DNA of 64,000 bases from Clostridia bacterium. GTDB taxonomy: Bacteria; Bacillota; Clostridia; Oscillospirales; CAG-272. Location: assembly GCA_017454675.1 (NCBI GenBank), contig JAFTCN010000010.1, positions 6,195-70,194 on the forward strand, written 5' to 3'. Of the stretch, positions 9,756 through 18,544 are shown one piece after another. Every line of letters begins with the position of its first letter. The first letter of the stretch is position 1. The notes below the pieces were generated by a model that saw only the letters and a program-made list of their open reading frames with translations, was not told the origin of the DNA and did no database searches. A program made the translations under genes and the position numbers.

Positions 9756-11651
9756 TCAGTCGTACGAAAGAATGACCTTTACCGTGTTTCTCTCCCTGTT
9801 CATCGCTATGCACTTTTCGATTTCGGTGAAAGGCATGACGTCAGAGTAAAAGTCGGACGGACGCAGGCTGCCGTCCTTTACGAGCTCCAGCAGCTTTCCG
9901 TAGTACGCCATCTTGTTGTACGGGTATCCGAGTATGTGGACCGACGTGTGGTTCTGCATCGCCGCGAGGTCCACCCTGCAGTCCTGCTTCGTGAGAGTGC
10001 CCATGGCGCAGAGCTTTCCTCCCGGGCGCAGCATAAAGCTTCCCTCGTTCAGCACCGCTGTGCTCCCCACCATGTCTAACACGGCGTCGTAGACGGGGGG
10101 CAGGATCTTTGTGAGCGCTGTCCCGTCGTTGCACACCGTCTTTCCTATCCCGAGCCTCGACGACGCGTATGCGAGCCTGCGCGGCAGCACGTCGGCCAGC
10201 GTGACGTCGGCCCCCGCCAGCCGCAGGCAGCTCGCCATGCCGAGTCCCATCGGGCCCGCGCCGTAGATGAGCACCTTCATGCCCTCTCCCAGGCCGAAGT
10301 TCGACACCGCGCTGAGGCACTCGACGAGAGGGATCAGCACCGGCGCGTCGACGTCGGATATGAAGTCGGGCAGAGGTCTGCACCGGCCGTCGGTCGGGAT
10401 GAGTTTCGGATCTATGCCGTCCTCCAGCATAGCCTTTCTGTCGGCGCCGAGGTTGTACTCGCACATGTTGCCCGAGTTTCCGTAGTATTTGCCGTATCTG
10501 TCACCGGTATACGGCCGCAGGAAGCGGTCGCCCGGCTTTATGTACCTCACCTTGCGTCCGACGCTCACTGCCGTCGCGACGCCTTCGTGGCCGATCACGA
10601 TCGGGTACGGAAGGTCGCCCTTGTCGCCCGTCGAGACGCCGTCGATGATACGCGTGTCGGTGGTGTTGCAGTATCCGCAGTAACTCATCTTGAGTATGCA
10701 GCCGTAGTCTCCCGGGTCGGGCACAGGGATGTCGTCGACGACCCTTGCCACTCCCGGCTCCAGCACCGCGACGCCGCGCATGAATTTCGGCACCGCGCAC
10801 CCGCCCTCCGTGACCGGCATCGCGGCCGTGGCGTCCGGAATCTGTTCGGCGGCGGGCGCCGCCGGCTCCGCAGCTTTTTCGGGCAGCGCGCCGGGTATTC
10901 CCCGGTAAGCCTCGAAATACCTGCGTCCGAATATGCGCAGCGACGGCCCGTTGAAGTGAAGGATATCGTGCCTGCAGGAAAGTCCACCGGCCGGGGCGAG
11001 CGCTATGTCCTCTCTCTCCTCCGCTATCTTCGCGAAGATCCCGTTGAGCTCGGGGACGAGACCGTAGCCTTCACGACTGAGCAGATACTGCCCCAGCTCG
11101 CCTATCACGACAGGCACCCGCACTCCGAGGTCGGAGAGCAGGCTGTCGATCATGAAGAGGAAGCGGCGGCGGTAGTCCGCCACGCGATCGGGCTTCTTTA
11201 CGTCGGCCTCGCCCTGATGCCAGAGTATGCCGCGCAGATTCGATATCTTCATCGCCTGCCTTGCGTGAAAGACCGCGTTCTCGTAGAGCGTCCCGCCGGG
11301 CTGCCAGGCGTCGAGCGACGTTCCGCCGTCGGCGCAGGGAATGAGTCCGGTGATCCTTCCAGTCGCGCGGTGATACTCCTCGGCGAACGAGGTCGCGAGG
11401 CAGACTCCCGAACGGTATTTGCCGGAAAAGACTCCCCTGTCGGGATTTACCGGCTCGCTCAGCTTCTGCCAGCGCCCGTTGCGCAGCATGAGCAGGTCTT
11501 TGTCCTCTATCGGCTCGACGGAGCCGATGTCGCCCCTGCCGCACATGTTCGACTGGCCTATCATGAGAAACGAATCTATGTCGTAAGGTCCGTAGTCGAA
11601 CGCGGGGTCCGCGTTCTTTTCTTTCTTTTCTTCCTTCTCCGCGCCGTTCAT
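9756..11651 (-). CDS. fusion protein: sialate-O-acetylesterase-like (SASA/SGNH) N-domain plus zinc-type medium-chain dehydrogenase C-domain
   Basis: The N-terminal part has MIGQSNMCGRG and WHQGEAD, which are SASA-family motifs. After a Pro/Ala linker the C-terminal part has GYCNTTD..IGHEGVATAV..GDRF and the Rossmann motif LIYGAGPMGLG. The two parts form one uninterrupted ORF. Confidence 0.8.
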   Translation of the reverse strand: MNGAEKEEKKEKNADPAFDYGPYDIDSFLMIGQSNMCGRGDIGSVEPIEDKDLLMLRNGRWQKLSEPVNPDRGVFSGKYRSGVCLATSFAEEYHRATGRITGLIPCADGGTSLDAWQPGGTLYENAVFHARQAMKISNLRGILWHQGEADVKKPDRVADYRRRFLFMIDSLLSDLGVRVPVVIGELGQYLLSREGYGLVPELNGIFAKIAEEREDIALAPAGGLSCRHDILHFNGPSLRIFGRRYFEAYRGIPGALPEKAAEPAAPAAEQIPDATAAMPVTEGGCAVPKFMRGVAVLEPGVARVVDDIPVPDPGDYGCILKMSYCGYCNTTDTRIIDGVSTGDKGDLPYPIVIGHEGVATAVSVGRKVRYIKPGDRFLRPYTGDRYGKYYGNSGNMCEYNLGADRKAMLEDGIDPKLIPTDGRCRPLPDFISDVDAPVLIPLVECLSAVSNFGLGEGMKVLIYGAGPMGLGMASCLRLAGADVTLADVLPRRLAYASSRLGIGKTVCNDGTALTKILPPVYDAVLDMVGSTAVLNEGSFMLRPGGKLCAMGTLTKQDCRVDLAAMQNHTSVHILGYPYNKMAYYGKLLELVKDGSLRPSDFYSDVMPFTEIEKCIAMNRERNTVKVILSYD

Positions 11652-11772
11652 TTTTCCTACCTGTTCCTGTCCTTCCGTCAGAATTGTTTATTCAATACTA
11701 CGTCACATGTCACACCGGCGCTTCCGCTTCCGGCTCCGTATGTCCGCGCACCGCGGCACGCGCCCGGAGGCG

Positions 11773-12420
11773 TCATTTTTTGCCTTTCTTTGCCACCGAG
11801 AAGCCGAATCTGCCGCATTTCCTGCCCGTCGCGAAATACTCGCCGTGCAGATACGCGAGCATTCCCGCCTTCCGCAGGACCAGCTTCCCTTTTTCGTCCA
11901 CATACCGTTCGTCGGCCTGCGTCGCGACGATCTCGGCCATGAACAGGGTATGGCTGCCGAGATCTTTTCTTTCGATGACCCGGCACTCGACCGACAGCGG
12001 GCATTCGGCGATCACCGGGACCGACACCTCCGAGCCCGGCAGCAGATGGAATCCGCACTTTTCTATCTTGTCGACCTTCCTTCCGCTGAGCATGCCGCAA
12101 AGATCGGTCTGACGCGCGATGGCGTCGTTCGGGAAATTGATCACGAACTCGCCCGTGCGGTCTATGATCCCGTGCGAGAACCGCTCCGGCCGCACGGAGA
12201 TGTAGGTGACCGGAGGCTTTGAGCAGAGTATGCCCGTCCAGGCGACCGTGATAACGTTCACGCGTCCGTTCTCCGCGCAGGTGACGAGCGCGGGCGGCAC
12301 CGGGCCGGTAATGGCTCCGGCCTTCCATACTGCTCTCCCCGTACCGTTTTCCGTCCTCTTCTCTTCGTCCGCGTTCCCGCGGGCCGCGTCTTCTCCGTTT
12401 TCGATCCTTGCGTCTTTCAT
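11773..12420 (-). CDS. flavin reductase-like domain protein
   Basis: The C-terminal 215 aa of track ORF 11773..12981 contain PPALVTCAENGRVNVITVAWTGILCSKPP..INFP..LLPGSEV..ECPLSVECRV. The ATG at 12420 avoids overlap with the next gene. Confidence 0.8.
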   Translation of the reverse strand: MKDARIENGEDAARGNADEEKRTENGTGRAVWKAGAITGPVPPALVTCAENGRVNVITVAWTGILCSKPPVTYISVRPERFSHGIIDRTGEFVINFPNDAIARQTDLCGMLSGRKVDKIEKCGFHLLPGSEVSVPVIAECPLSVECRVIERKDLGSHTLFMAEIVATQADERYVDEKGKLVLRKAGMLAYLHGEYFATGRKCGRFGFSVAKKGKK

Positions 12421-12458
12421 ATCTCTTCTCCCGTCATCCTTCCGCTCTGTACCTGTCT

Positions 12459-13103
12459 TCAGCTTCTGTTTCTGTTCTCCAGCAGATACCAGAGCAGCAG
12501 CGCGGCGGCGGCCGGCACTGCTATGAGGAAGATCTGCCACAGGTTCATCCCGAAGACAGTGAGCATCAGAAGATACAAGAACGCAAGGACCGACGCCGTC
12601 AGCAGCATGATTATCAGCTGGCAAAGCCTGTTGTGCCCCCAGATGCAGTTGAACACCAGGAGCACGGTAAAGGTCAGCGGGACCGCTCCGACGAATATCA
12701 GCCACAGCTTCCCCGCGTCGCCGCCGACAGACCGCATCACGACGTACAGGATCACTGCGACGAGCCAGACCGCCGTCGCGGAGAGCAGCGAGATATCGAA
12801 CCTCGCGGCCGACATCCCGAGTATCTTCTTTCCGCCGCCCGTCTTCCCCGACGCCGCCGCGGAGCTTCCGGCGTCGGAAAGGCCGTCGCTGCTTCCCATG
12901 AGGGCATCGACGGACACGCCGAACAGGTCGGCGATCTCCTTGATCACAGCGATGTCCGGCAGCGACTCCGCCCGTTCCCATTTCGACACCGCCTTGTCGG
13001 TATAATTGAGTTTTTCCGCGAGATCGGCCTGAGTCATTCCGGCCCCCTGCCTCAGCGCGGTAATATTCGACGCTATCGTTTCAGTCAGTTCTCTTCTGTC
13101 CAT
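12459..13103 (-). CDS. XRE-family HTH transcriptional regulator with C-terminal transmembrane domain
   Basis: The N-terminal HTH is LRQGAGMTQADLAEKLNYTDKAVSKWERAESLPDIAVIKEIADLFGVSVDAL. About four hydrophobic helices follow. Confidence 0.85.
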   Translation of the reverse strand: MDRRELTETIASNITALRQGAGMTQADLAEKLNYTDKAVSKWERAESLPDIAVIKEIADLFGVSVDALMGSSDGLSDAGSSAAASGKTGGGKKILGMSAARFDISLLSATAVWLVAVILYVVMRSVGGDAGKLWLIFVGAVPLTFTVLLVFNCIWGHNRLCQLIIMLLTASVLAFLYLLMLTVFGMNLWQIFLIAVPAAAALLLWYLLENRNRS

Positions 13104-13298
13104 TTCACCACGGTTTTCCGGTCTTTCCGGTCACTGTCAAAGAAACATAATATTGCTCATATATTATATCATAATCCCCCGGAATTGAAAACAAAAAAGA
13201 AGAAAGCTCAGGTAAAGACATGTCCGCGGGGGACAGATGACCGGCCGGGAGATACCATTTTTCAGAGCGTTATGCCGTTATCATGCCTTTTTTTGATT

Positions 13299-13378
13299 CT
13301 ACCGGCGGTAGAGAGGCACTCTACCGCCGGTTTCCGGGCGGTAGACCGGGAGTTTCCCGGGACCTCGCGGCGGTAGGT
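13299..13378 (+). repeat. phased GGCGGTAG direct repeats with associated hairpins
   Basis: GGCGGTAG occurs at 13304, 13337 and 13369, spaced 33 and 32 bp. An inverted copy, CTACCGCC, lies at 13321. ACCGGCGGTAGAG and CTCTACCGCCGGT form a perfect 13-bp stem. Confidence 0.5.
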
Positions 13379-13441
13379 GGACTTTTCCGGCCGCGGAAGG
13401 TAAAATAGAGACGAAAACCATGCAAAGGAAGGAAAAGGCAG

Positions 13442-14158
13442 ATGAAACAGCTCTTTATCCTCGGAGATTCCGTGATGAAAGGGATAATATACCGCTCGGG
13501 AGCGGGGATGCACAGCTATACGCTGTGCGACGACGGCACGTTCGGCCCGCTGACCGAACGCGGCATCTCCGTGATCAACCGCTCCCGCATGGGCGCGACG
13601 GTCAGATACTGCGGAGACCGTCTCGACCGGCTCCTCCCGGATACGTCAGACGGACGCTTCGCCGTGCTCTTCGAATACGGCGGCAACGACTCCGACCACG
13701 ACTGGCGGGCGGTCTCGGAATGCCCCGAAGGCGAACACCGCCCGGTCACGGGACCCGAGGAGTTCGTCGCGGTCTACAAAAGGAACATAGAGAGGGCGAG
13801 AGAGGCCGGAGCGGCCGTCGCACTGACCAACCTCGTTCCCATCGACCCCGACCTGTACTTCAAACATATCGTGCGGGGCAACTCGGCAGACAGCATACTG
13901 TCGTGGCTCGGGAACGTCGGAATGCTCTACCGCTTCCACGAATACTACAACGGACTCGTCGAGCGCGTCGCGACCGAGAGCGGCTGCCCGCTCATCGACA
14001 TCCGCAGTCCGTTCCTTCTCTCGCACGACTACCGCTCGCTCATCTCCGACGACGGCATCCACCCGAGCGAGAAGGGACACAGGCTCATACGCGAGACCCT
14101 GGCCGAGAACGCCGGGAGTATGTTCTTCGGACTCGGCGAGGGATCAGCAATAGCCTGA
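13442..14158 (+). CDS. SGNH/GDSL hydrolase-family protein
   Basis: Block I FILGDSVMKG, block III YGGNDSD and block V DDGIHPS. Confidence 0.8.
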   Translation: MKQLFILGDSVMKGIIYRSGAGMHSYTLCDDGTFGPLTERGISVINRSRMGATVRYCGDRLDRLLPDTSDGRFAVLFEYGGNDSDHDWRAVSECPEGEHRPVTGPEEFVAVYKRNIERAREAGAAVALTNLVPIDPDLYFKHIVRGNSADSILSWLGNVGMLYRFHEYYNGLVERVATESGCPLIDIRSPFLLSHDYRSLISDDGIHPSEKGHRLIRETLAENAGSMFFGLGEGSAIA

Positions 14159-14165
14159 ATCAAAC

Positions 14166-14189
14166 AGGACATCCCGGCCGGGATGTCCT
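14166..14189. terminator. palindromic hairpin between convergent SGNH genes
   Basis: AGGACATCCCGG/CCGGGATGTCCT is a perfect 24-nt palindrome. Flanking U-tracts are weak. Confidence 0.45.
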
Positions 14190-14221
14190 TAATAAATGAC
14201 GGGAGAGATCTCGAGGCAGGC

Positions 14222-15046
14222 TCAGCTCCAGCCGTTCCCGTAGCGCTTTGTCAGTTCGCTGTCGGCGAGGGGCGTACCGATATACCCCACTCTCCTGAAG
14301 TCGTCCATATTGTGCCTCACTATCCAGTCGATGTAGGCCGCGGTGAGCTTGCCGAAGAACAGATATCCCCACGGGTTCATATGCCCGTGCAGGAAGAATG
14401 TCTTCCGGAAGTTCTCGTCGTTGGTCGGGCCGTATTTCTCCATGTCGATGACGTATGAGTTCGAAAAATGCTCCGCCATGTCGCGCATGATCTGCGACTG
14501 GGCAGCGACTCTCTTCTGGGTATCGGGACGGTCGTCGCGCAGCATGGTCATGAAGAAGAATTTGGCGTCTGGCGAGATCTCCCTGTAGCGCTGGACGATG
14601 CGCCCGTACCAGCCTGCGAAGCTGTCGGCGTTCTTCTCCGGGTCTTCGTCGCAGATGTCGCCGACGCTCCCCATCGGTCTCGACGTGCTGCGGGTATCGT
14701 TGCACCCCAGAGCGATGATATACGCCTGCGCGGCGAGTTCGGGGGCGAAAAAGCCCTTCGTCTCGGCGAATCCGTTGCAGTATTCGTAGGCCGACATCCC
14801 GCCTCTCGAGAAGTTGCTCACGTGCGAGCCGCACCTCCGCGCGATGAACTGTCCCCAGGAATACTCGAACATGTCGGTGTATCTCGTCTTCTCGCCTTCG
14901 ATCTTGGTCTCGAACTCGCCTGAGGAGAGCGAGTCGCCGACGCACGCGATCCTTCTGAATATCGCGCAGTACCCTCCGTCTTCGGGGATCCGGTCGAGCG
15001 GCTGCTCCGACGGATCGGTGAGTGCTTCATAGTCGATCCTGAACAT
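14222..15046 (-). CDS. SGNH/GDSL hydrolase-family protein
   Basis: IACVGDSLSSGEFE (block I), ALGCNDT (block III) and a C-terminal H-containing block. No signal peptide seen. Confidence 0.8.
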   Translation of the reverse strand: MFRIDYEALTDPSEQPLDRIPEDGGYCAIFRRIACVGDSLSSGEFETKIEGEKTRYTDMFEYSWGQFIARRCGSHVSNFSRGGMSAYEYCNGFAETKGFFAPELAAQAYIIALGCNDTRSTSRPMGSVGDICDEDPEKNADSFAGWYGRIVQRYREISPDAKFFFMTMLRDDRPDTQKRVAAQSQIMRDMAEHFSNSYVIDMEKYGPTNDENFRKTFFLHGHMNPWGYLFFGKLTAAYIDWIVRHNMDDFRRVGYIGTPLADSELTKRYGNGWS

Positions 15047-15099
15047 GGTCTGTCACCTCATTCATGTTATTTCGTGCCTTCCGTCATGCGAAGGCTTTT

Positions 15100-16602
15100 T
15101 TATTTGACATTTATCGCCATGCGGCGCATGATGTCCCTGCCCGACGGCTTATAGGGGTTCTTCACCTCGGCGGCGGCGTATCTGTCGTACTGTTCCCAGA
15201 AGATCTTTCCGTATTTGCTGTTCTCGTCGCCCGTCGACTTGCGGTACTCCATCAGCAGTTCGCGGAGCTCTGCCGTGATCTGCTCCCTGCCGGGGAAGTC
15301 GAACCAGTTGATCTTCTCCGACGGGTCGGTCTTCAGGTCGAAGAGCTGAGTGAGCTTCAGATCCTCGGTGCGGTATTCGATGAGCTTCCAGCGGCCGTCG
15401 GTGACACCGCGGATCCTGCCCTGGAAGGCGAAATACAGCGTTTCGCGGTGTCCGACCTCCGGATTCAGCATCGTCGGGACGAGGCTTATGCCCTCGACCG
15501 ATTCCGGGATGTCGAGCCCGCACAGATCACAGAGAGTGGGATAGACGTCGAGCAGGTAGCAGAGGCTGTCGTTCCTCCGCCCCTCCGGCACGCCGGGGCC
15601 GGCGATGACGAGCGGTACGGCAACGCTGTGCTCGTAAATGCTCTGCTTGCCCATCAGCCCGTGGTTGCCGACGGCCAGCCCGTTGTCGCCCATGAACACC
15701 ACGATCGTATTATCCCAGAATCCCCTTTCCTTCAGGGCGTCGAAGATCTGCCCGATGCGGAAGTCGAGATGGCTGATCATGCCGTAGTAGTCGGCGATGT
15801 GCCGTTTTATGCTCTCTGGCCTGCGGGGATATTCGGCGAGGTTGTCGTCGCGTCCGCTGCCGCACCAGCCGCAGTTGACGGCCGGCATCTCGAGGAAGTT
15901 GTCGGGAAGCGGTATCTTTTCCGGATCGTACATCGTGCGGAACTCTTCCGGCATCGTGCGCGGGTCGTGCGGCGCCATGTACGCGAGGTAAATAAAGAAA
16001 GGTGAGTCGCCGTCATAATTCTTTATGAAGTCGGTCGCGTCTGCCGAGAAGAGGTCGGTGGAATGCACCCCGGCATGTATGCGGTCGGCCCGCACCGGAG
16101 GCGCACTGTTGGCGGCGGTGAAGTTGTCGGTGAAGCGGATATAGTTTTCGTATCCGCCGTCAGGCCTGAAGTCGCACACAGGAACGTTCCAGTGGTCCCA
16201 CATGCCGCCGAAGAATATATCGGCCCCGTCTGTGAAGGAGCGGGTGTACGAAGCCGGCCCGTTATGCCACTTTCCGATGCCGCACGTGCGGTATCCGGCC
16301 GCCCTGAAGCACTCACCGAGCGTCGTGTGCTCGGGCGGGATGTTCTGCCCCTCTCCCTCAAGGCTGTAGAGGAAGCGCCCGGAGTTGATCATCGCCCTGC
16401 TGGGCATGCAGACTGCCGAGACCGACCCTCCCGGGATATGCGCCCGGGTGAAGGACGTCCCGCGCCCGACGAGGGCGTCGAGATTCGGCGTCTTTATGTC
16501 ACCGTTGCCCAGGGCGTGTATGCACCCTGCGCGCTGATCGTCGGTCACGATGACCAGCACGTTCGGCCGCCCCGCTCCGTTCCTGTTTCCGATTCTGCTC
16601 AT
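15100..16602 (-). CDS. Cys-type sulfatase (arylsulfatase family)
   Basis: NVLVIVTDDQ, followed by the sulfatase signature SAVCMPSRAMINSG (C-x-P-S-R). ATG at 16602; the track ORF starts at a GTG at 16608. No obvious signal peptide. Confidence 0.9.
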   Translation of the reverse strand: MSRIGNRNGAGRPNVLVIVTDDQRAGCIHALGNGDIKTPNLDALVGRGTSFTRAHIPGGSVSAVCMPSRAMINSGRFLYSLEGEGQNIPPEHTTLGECFRAAGYRTCGIGKWHNGPASYTRSFTDGADIFFGGMWDHWNVPVCDFRPDGGYENYIRFTDNFTAANSAPPVRADRIHAGVHSTDLFSADATDFIKNYDGDSPFFIYLAYMAPHDPRTMPEEFRTMYDPEKIPLPDNFLEMPAVNCGWCGSGRDDNLAEYPRRPESIKRHIADYYGMISHLDFRIGQIFDALKERGFWDNTIVVFMGDNGLAVGNHGLMGKQSIYEHSVAVPLVIAGPGVPEGRRNDSLCYLLDVYPTLCDLCGLDIPESVEGISLVPTMLNPEVGHRETLYFAFQGRIRGVTDGRWKLIEYRTEDLKLTQLFDLKTDPSEKINWFDFPGREQITAELRELLMEYRKSTGDENSKYGKIFWEQYDRYAAAEVKNPYKPSGRDIMRRMAINVK

Positions 16603-16679
16603 TGACACGGTACCTCACTGTAGTTTCGATTTGATAAGCGTATTTAATATATTATACCGCTTTTCCCGGAATAATTCAA

Positions 16680-16708
16680 CAAAAAGCCCGAAACTGCGCG
16701 TTCCGGGC
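16680..16708 (-). terminator. intrinsic terminator downstream of the ECF S-component gene
   Basis: GCCCGGAAC..GTTTCGGGC stem with one mismatch, followed by TTTTT on the minus strand. Confidence 0.5.
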
Positions 16709-16764
16709 ATGATTTTCGGTTTTGCACGGCCTCCGTCTCACCGTCACCGTACCCCGAGCCGGCG

Positions 16765-17304
16765 TCAGCGGCCGGTCCCGCCGAACGGCCTGACGGCTCC
16801 GGTGCGCTCCGCGGCTGCGGTGAGCAGCAGCGCACCGGCTATACCGACGGCCCCCTGCAAAGCGTTCCCGGGGACTCCTGACAGGGCCGCCGCGAAGCCT
16901 TCTCCCATGAACGCTGCCTCATAAGTCAGATATCCTGAGACCATGATCGCCTCCGCGGCGGCGGATCCCGCAATGAGCCTTGCGCGGCTGCCTTTCCTGC
17001 CTCTTTCCCGCGGAAAAGACCTCACCAGAGCGACGGTCACGGCCATCAGCGCCTTGATGACGGCAGTCCCGGGTATGTAGACCGGCCAGCCCGCCAGCAG
17101 ATCCGCGAACGCCGAACCGATGCCGGCAGCGGCCGCACCGTAAAGCGGGCCGAGAAACCATCCGGCGAACAGCACGGCGCTGTCGCCGAGATTCAGATAT
17201 CCGTTCACGGGTGACGGTATCCTTACGGCAGCCGTCAGTACGCAGATCAGCGCCGTCATGACTGCCGCGGAGGCGAGTTTTTTGAGATTACCGTTGATCT
17301 TCAT
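16765..17304 (-). CDS. ECF-transporter substrate-specific (S) component, substrate unknown
   Basis: 179 aa with about five hydrophobic helices. The N-terminus KKLASAAVMTALICVLTAAVRIPSPVNGYLNLGDSAVLFAGWFLGP resembles ThiW/HmpT-type S components. Confidence 0.7.
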   Translation of the reverse strand: MKINGNLKKLASAAVMTALICVLTAAVRIPSPVNGYLNLGDSAVLFAGWFLGPLYGAAAAGIGSAFADLLAGWPVYIPGTAVIKALMAVTVALVRSFPRERGRKGSRARLIAGSAAAEAIMVSGYLTYEAAFMGEGFAAALSGVPGNALQGAVGIAGALLLTAAAERTGAVRPFGGTGR

Positions 17305-17332
17305 TTTCTTATCGCTTCTCAGATGAAGAGAA

Positions 17333-17358
17333 CATCCGGCACCCGGGTATGCCGGATG
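17333..17358 (-). terminator. hairpin between cysK and the S-component gene (possible partial terminator)
   Basis: CATCCGGCA and TGCCGGATG form a 9-bp stem, followed on the minus strand by TTCTCTTC. Confidence 0.35.
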
Positions 17359-17379
17359 CCGGACGCGCGGCCGGTGCTC

Positions 17380-18309
17380 TCAGTCCGAGAACAGCGGGGT
17401 GGACAGATATCTGTCTCCCGTGTCGGGAAGGAGCACGACGATCAGCTTTCCCGAGTTCTCCGGGCGCTTTGCGAGTTCGATCGCGGCGTATGTCGCCGCT
17501 CCGGAGGAGATCCCGACCAGGACTCCCTCCTTCCTTCCGATCTCGCGTCCGGTGGAGAAGGCCTTCTCGTTCGGGACCGTGATTATCTCGTCGTAGACCG
17601 AGGTGTTCAGAACGTCAGGCACGAATCCCGCACCGATGCCCTGGATCTTGTGAGGCCCTGCGACACCCGTCGAGAGCACGGCGCTCGTCTCCGGCTCGAC
17701 TGCCACCACCTTCACGGCGGGGTTCTTCGATTTCAGATATTCGCCTACTCCGGTCACCGTTCCGCCGGTACCGACACCGGCCACGAAGATATCGACCCTG
17801 CCGTCGGTATCATCCCAGATCTCGGGCCCGGTATGCTCGCGGTGAGCCGCCGGGTTCGCCGGGTTTACGAACTGGCCGGGGATGAAACTGTCCGGTATCT
17901 CCTCTGCGAGTTCGTTCGCCTTCGCGATAGCGCCCTTCATGCCCTTTGAGCCTTCGGTAAGCACGATCTCGGCACCGTATGCCCTGATCAGCTGACGGCG
18001 CTCGACCGACATAGTCTCGGGCATCGTGAGGATAAGGCGGTAGCCCCTCGCGGCGGCGACGGACGCGAGCCCGATCCCGGTATTGCCGGAGGTCGGCTCG
18101 ATTATGACTGATCCGGGTTTCAGCTTTCCGCTGCTCTCGGCTTCGTCGATCATAGCCTTGGCGATCCTGTCCTTCACCGAGCCGGCGGGGTTGAAGTATT
18201 CGAGCTTTGCCGCGATCCTGGCTCCGAGGCCGTATTCTTTTTCGATATGAGTGAGTTCAAGAAGAGGAGTCTTTCCGATCAGCTGATCGGCGGACGTGTA
18301 TATTGACAT
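17380..18309 (-). CDS. cysK: cysteine synthase A (O-acetylserine sulfhydrylase)
   Basis: [26 protein letters not shown] (PLP lysine motif)..[19 protein letters not shown]. Confidence 0.93.
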   Translation of the reverse strand: MSIYTSADQLIGKTPLLELTHIEKEYGLGARIAAKLEYFNPAGSVKDRIAKAMIDEAESSGKLKPGSVIIEPTSGNTGIGLASVAAARGYRLILTMPETMSVERRQLIRAYGAEIVLTEGSKGMKGAIAKANELAEEIPDSFIPGQFVNPANPAAHREHTGPEIWDDTDGRVDIFVAGVGTGGTVTGVGEYLKSKNPAVKVVAVEPETSAVLSTGVAGPHKIQGIGAGFVPDVLNTSVYDEIITVPNEKAFSTGREIGRKEGVLVGISSGAATYAAIELAKRPENSGKLIVVLLPDTGDRYLSTPLFSD

Positions 18310-18544
18310 GATGATTTTTCCTTTCGAAAAATTATTATTTTCTGTTGATATCCGGTTCTGACCGTGATATACTGTTTCCGTAATGATCGCTTGTGAGCGG
18401 GGCGCCTGCGGGTCTCGCCGGATTCATTTGAGAATCGGCGATCCTTCTGTTATTCAGGTATTTCGCGCGCTGTAACTTTACCGGCACTTCGCCGCGTGAC
18501 TACATCGCCGGCGGAGGAGCATACTCATTTTCATGCCCCCGCGC

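Noticed and set aside
10587-11942. 451-aa plus-strand ORF opposite the esterase-dehydrogenase gene.
   Set aside because: It is an antisense artefact. No motifs are present, and it spans an intergenic gap, which is implausible for a real gene.
11773-12981. 402-aa version of the flavin reductase ORF.
   Set aside because: The N-terminal 187 aa are Arg-rich and low in complexity. They lie in an alternate frame of the XRE regulator gene. The ATG at 12420 gives a normal-length flavin reductase.
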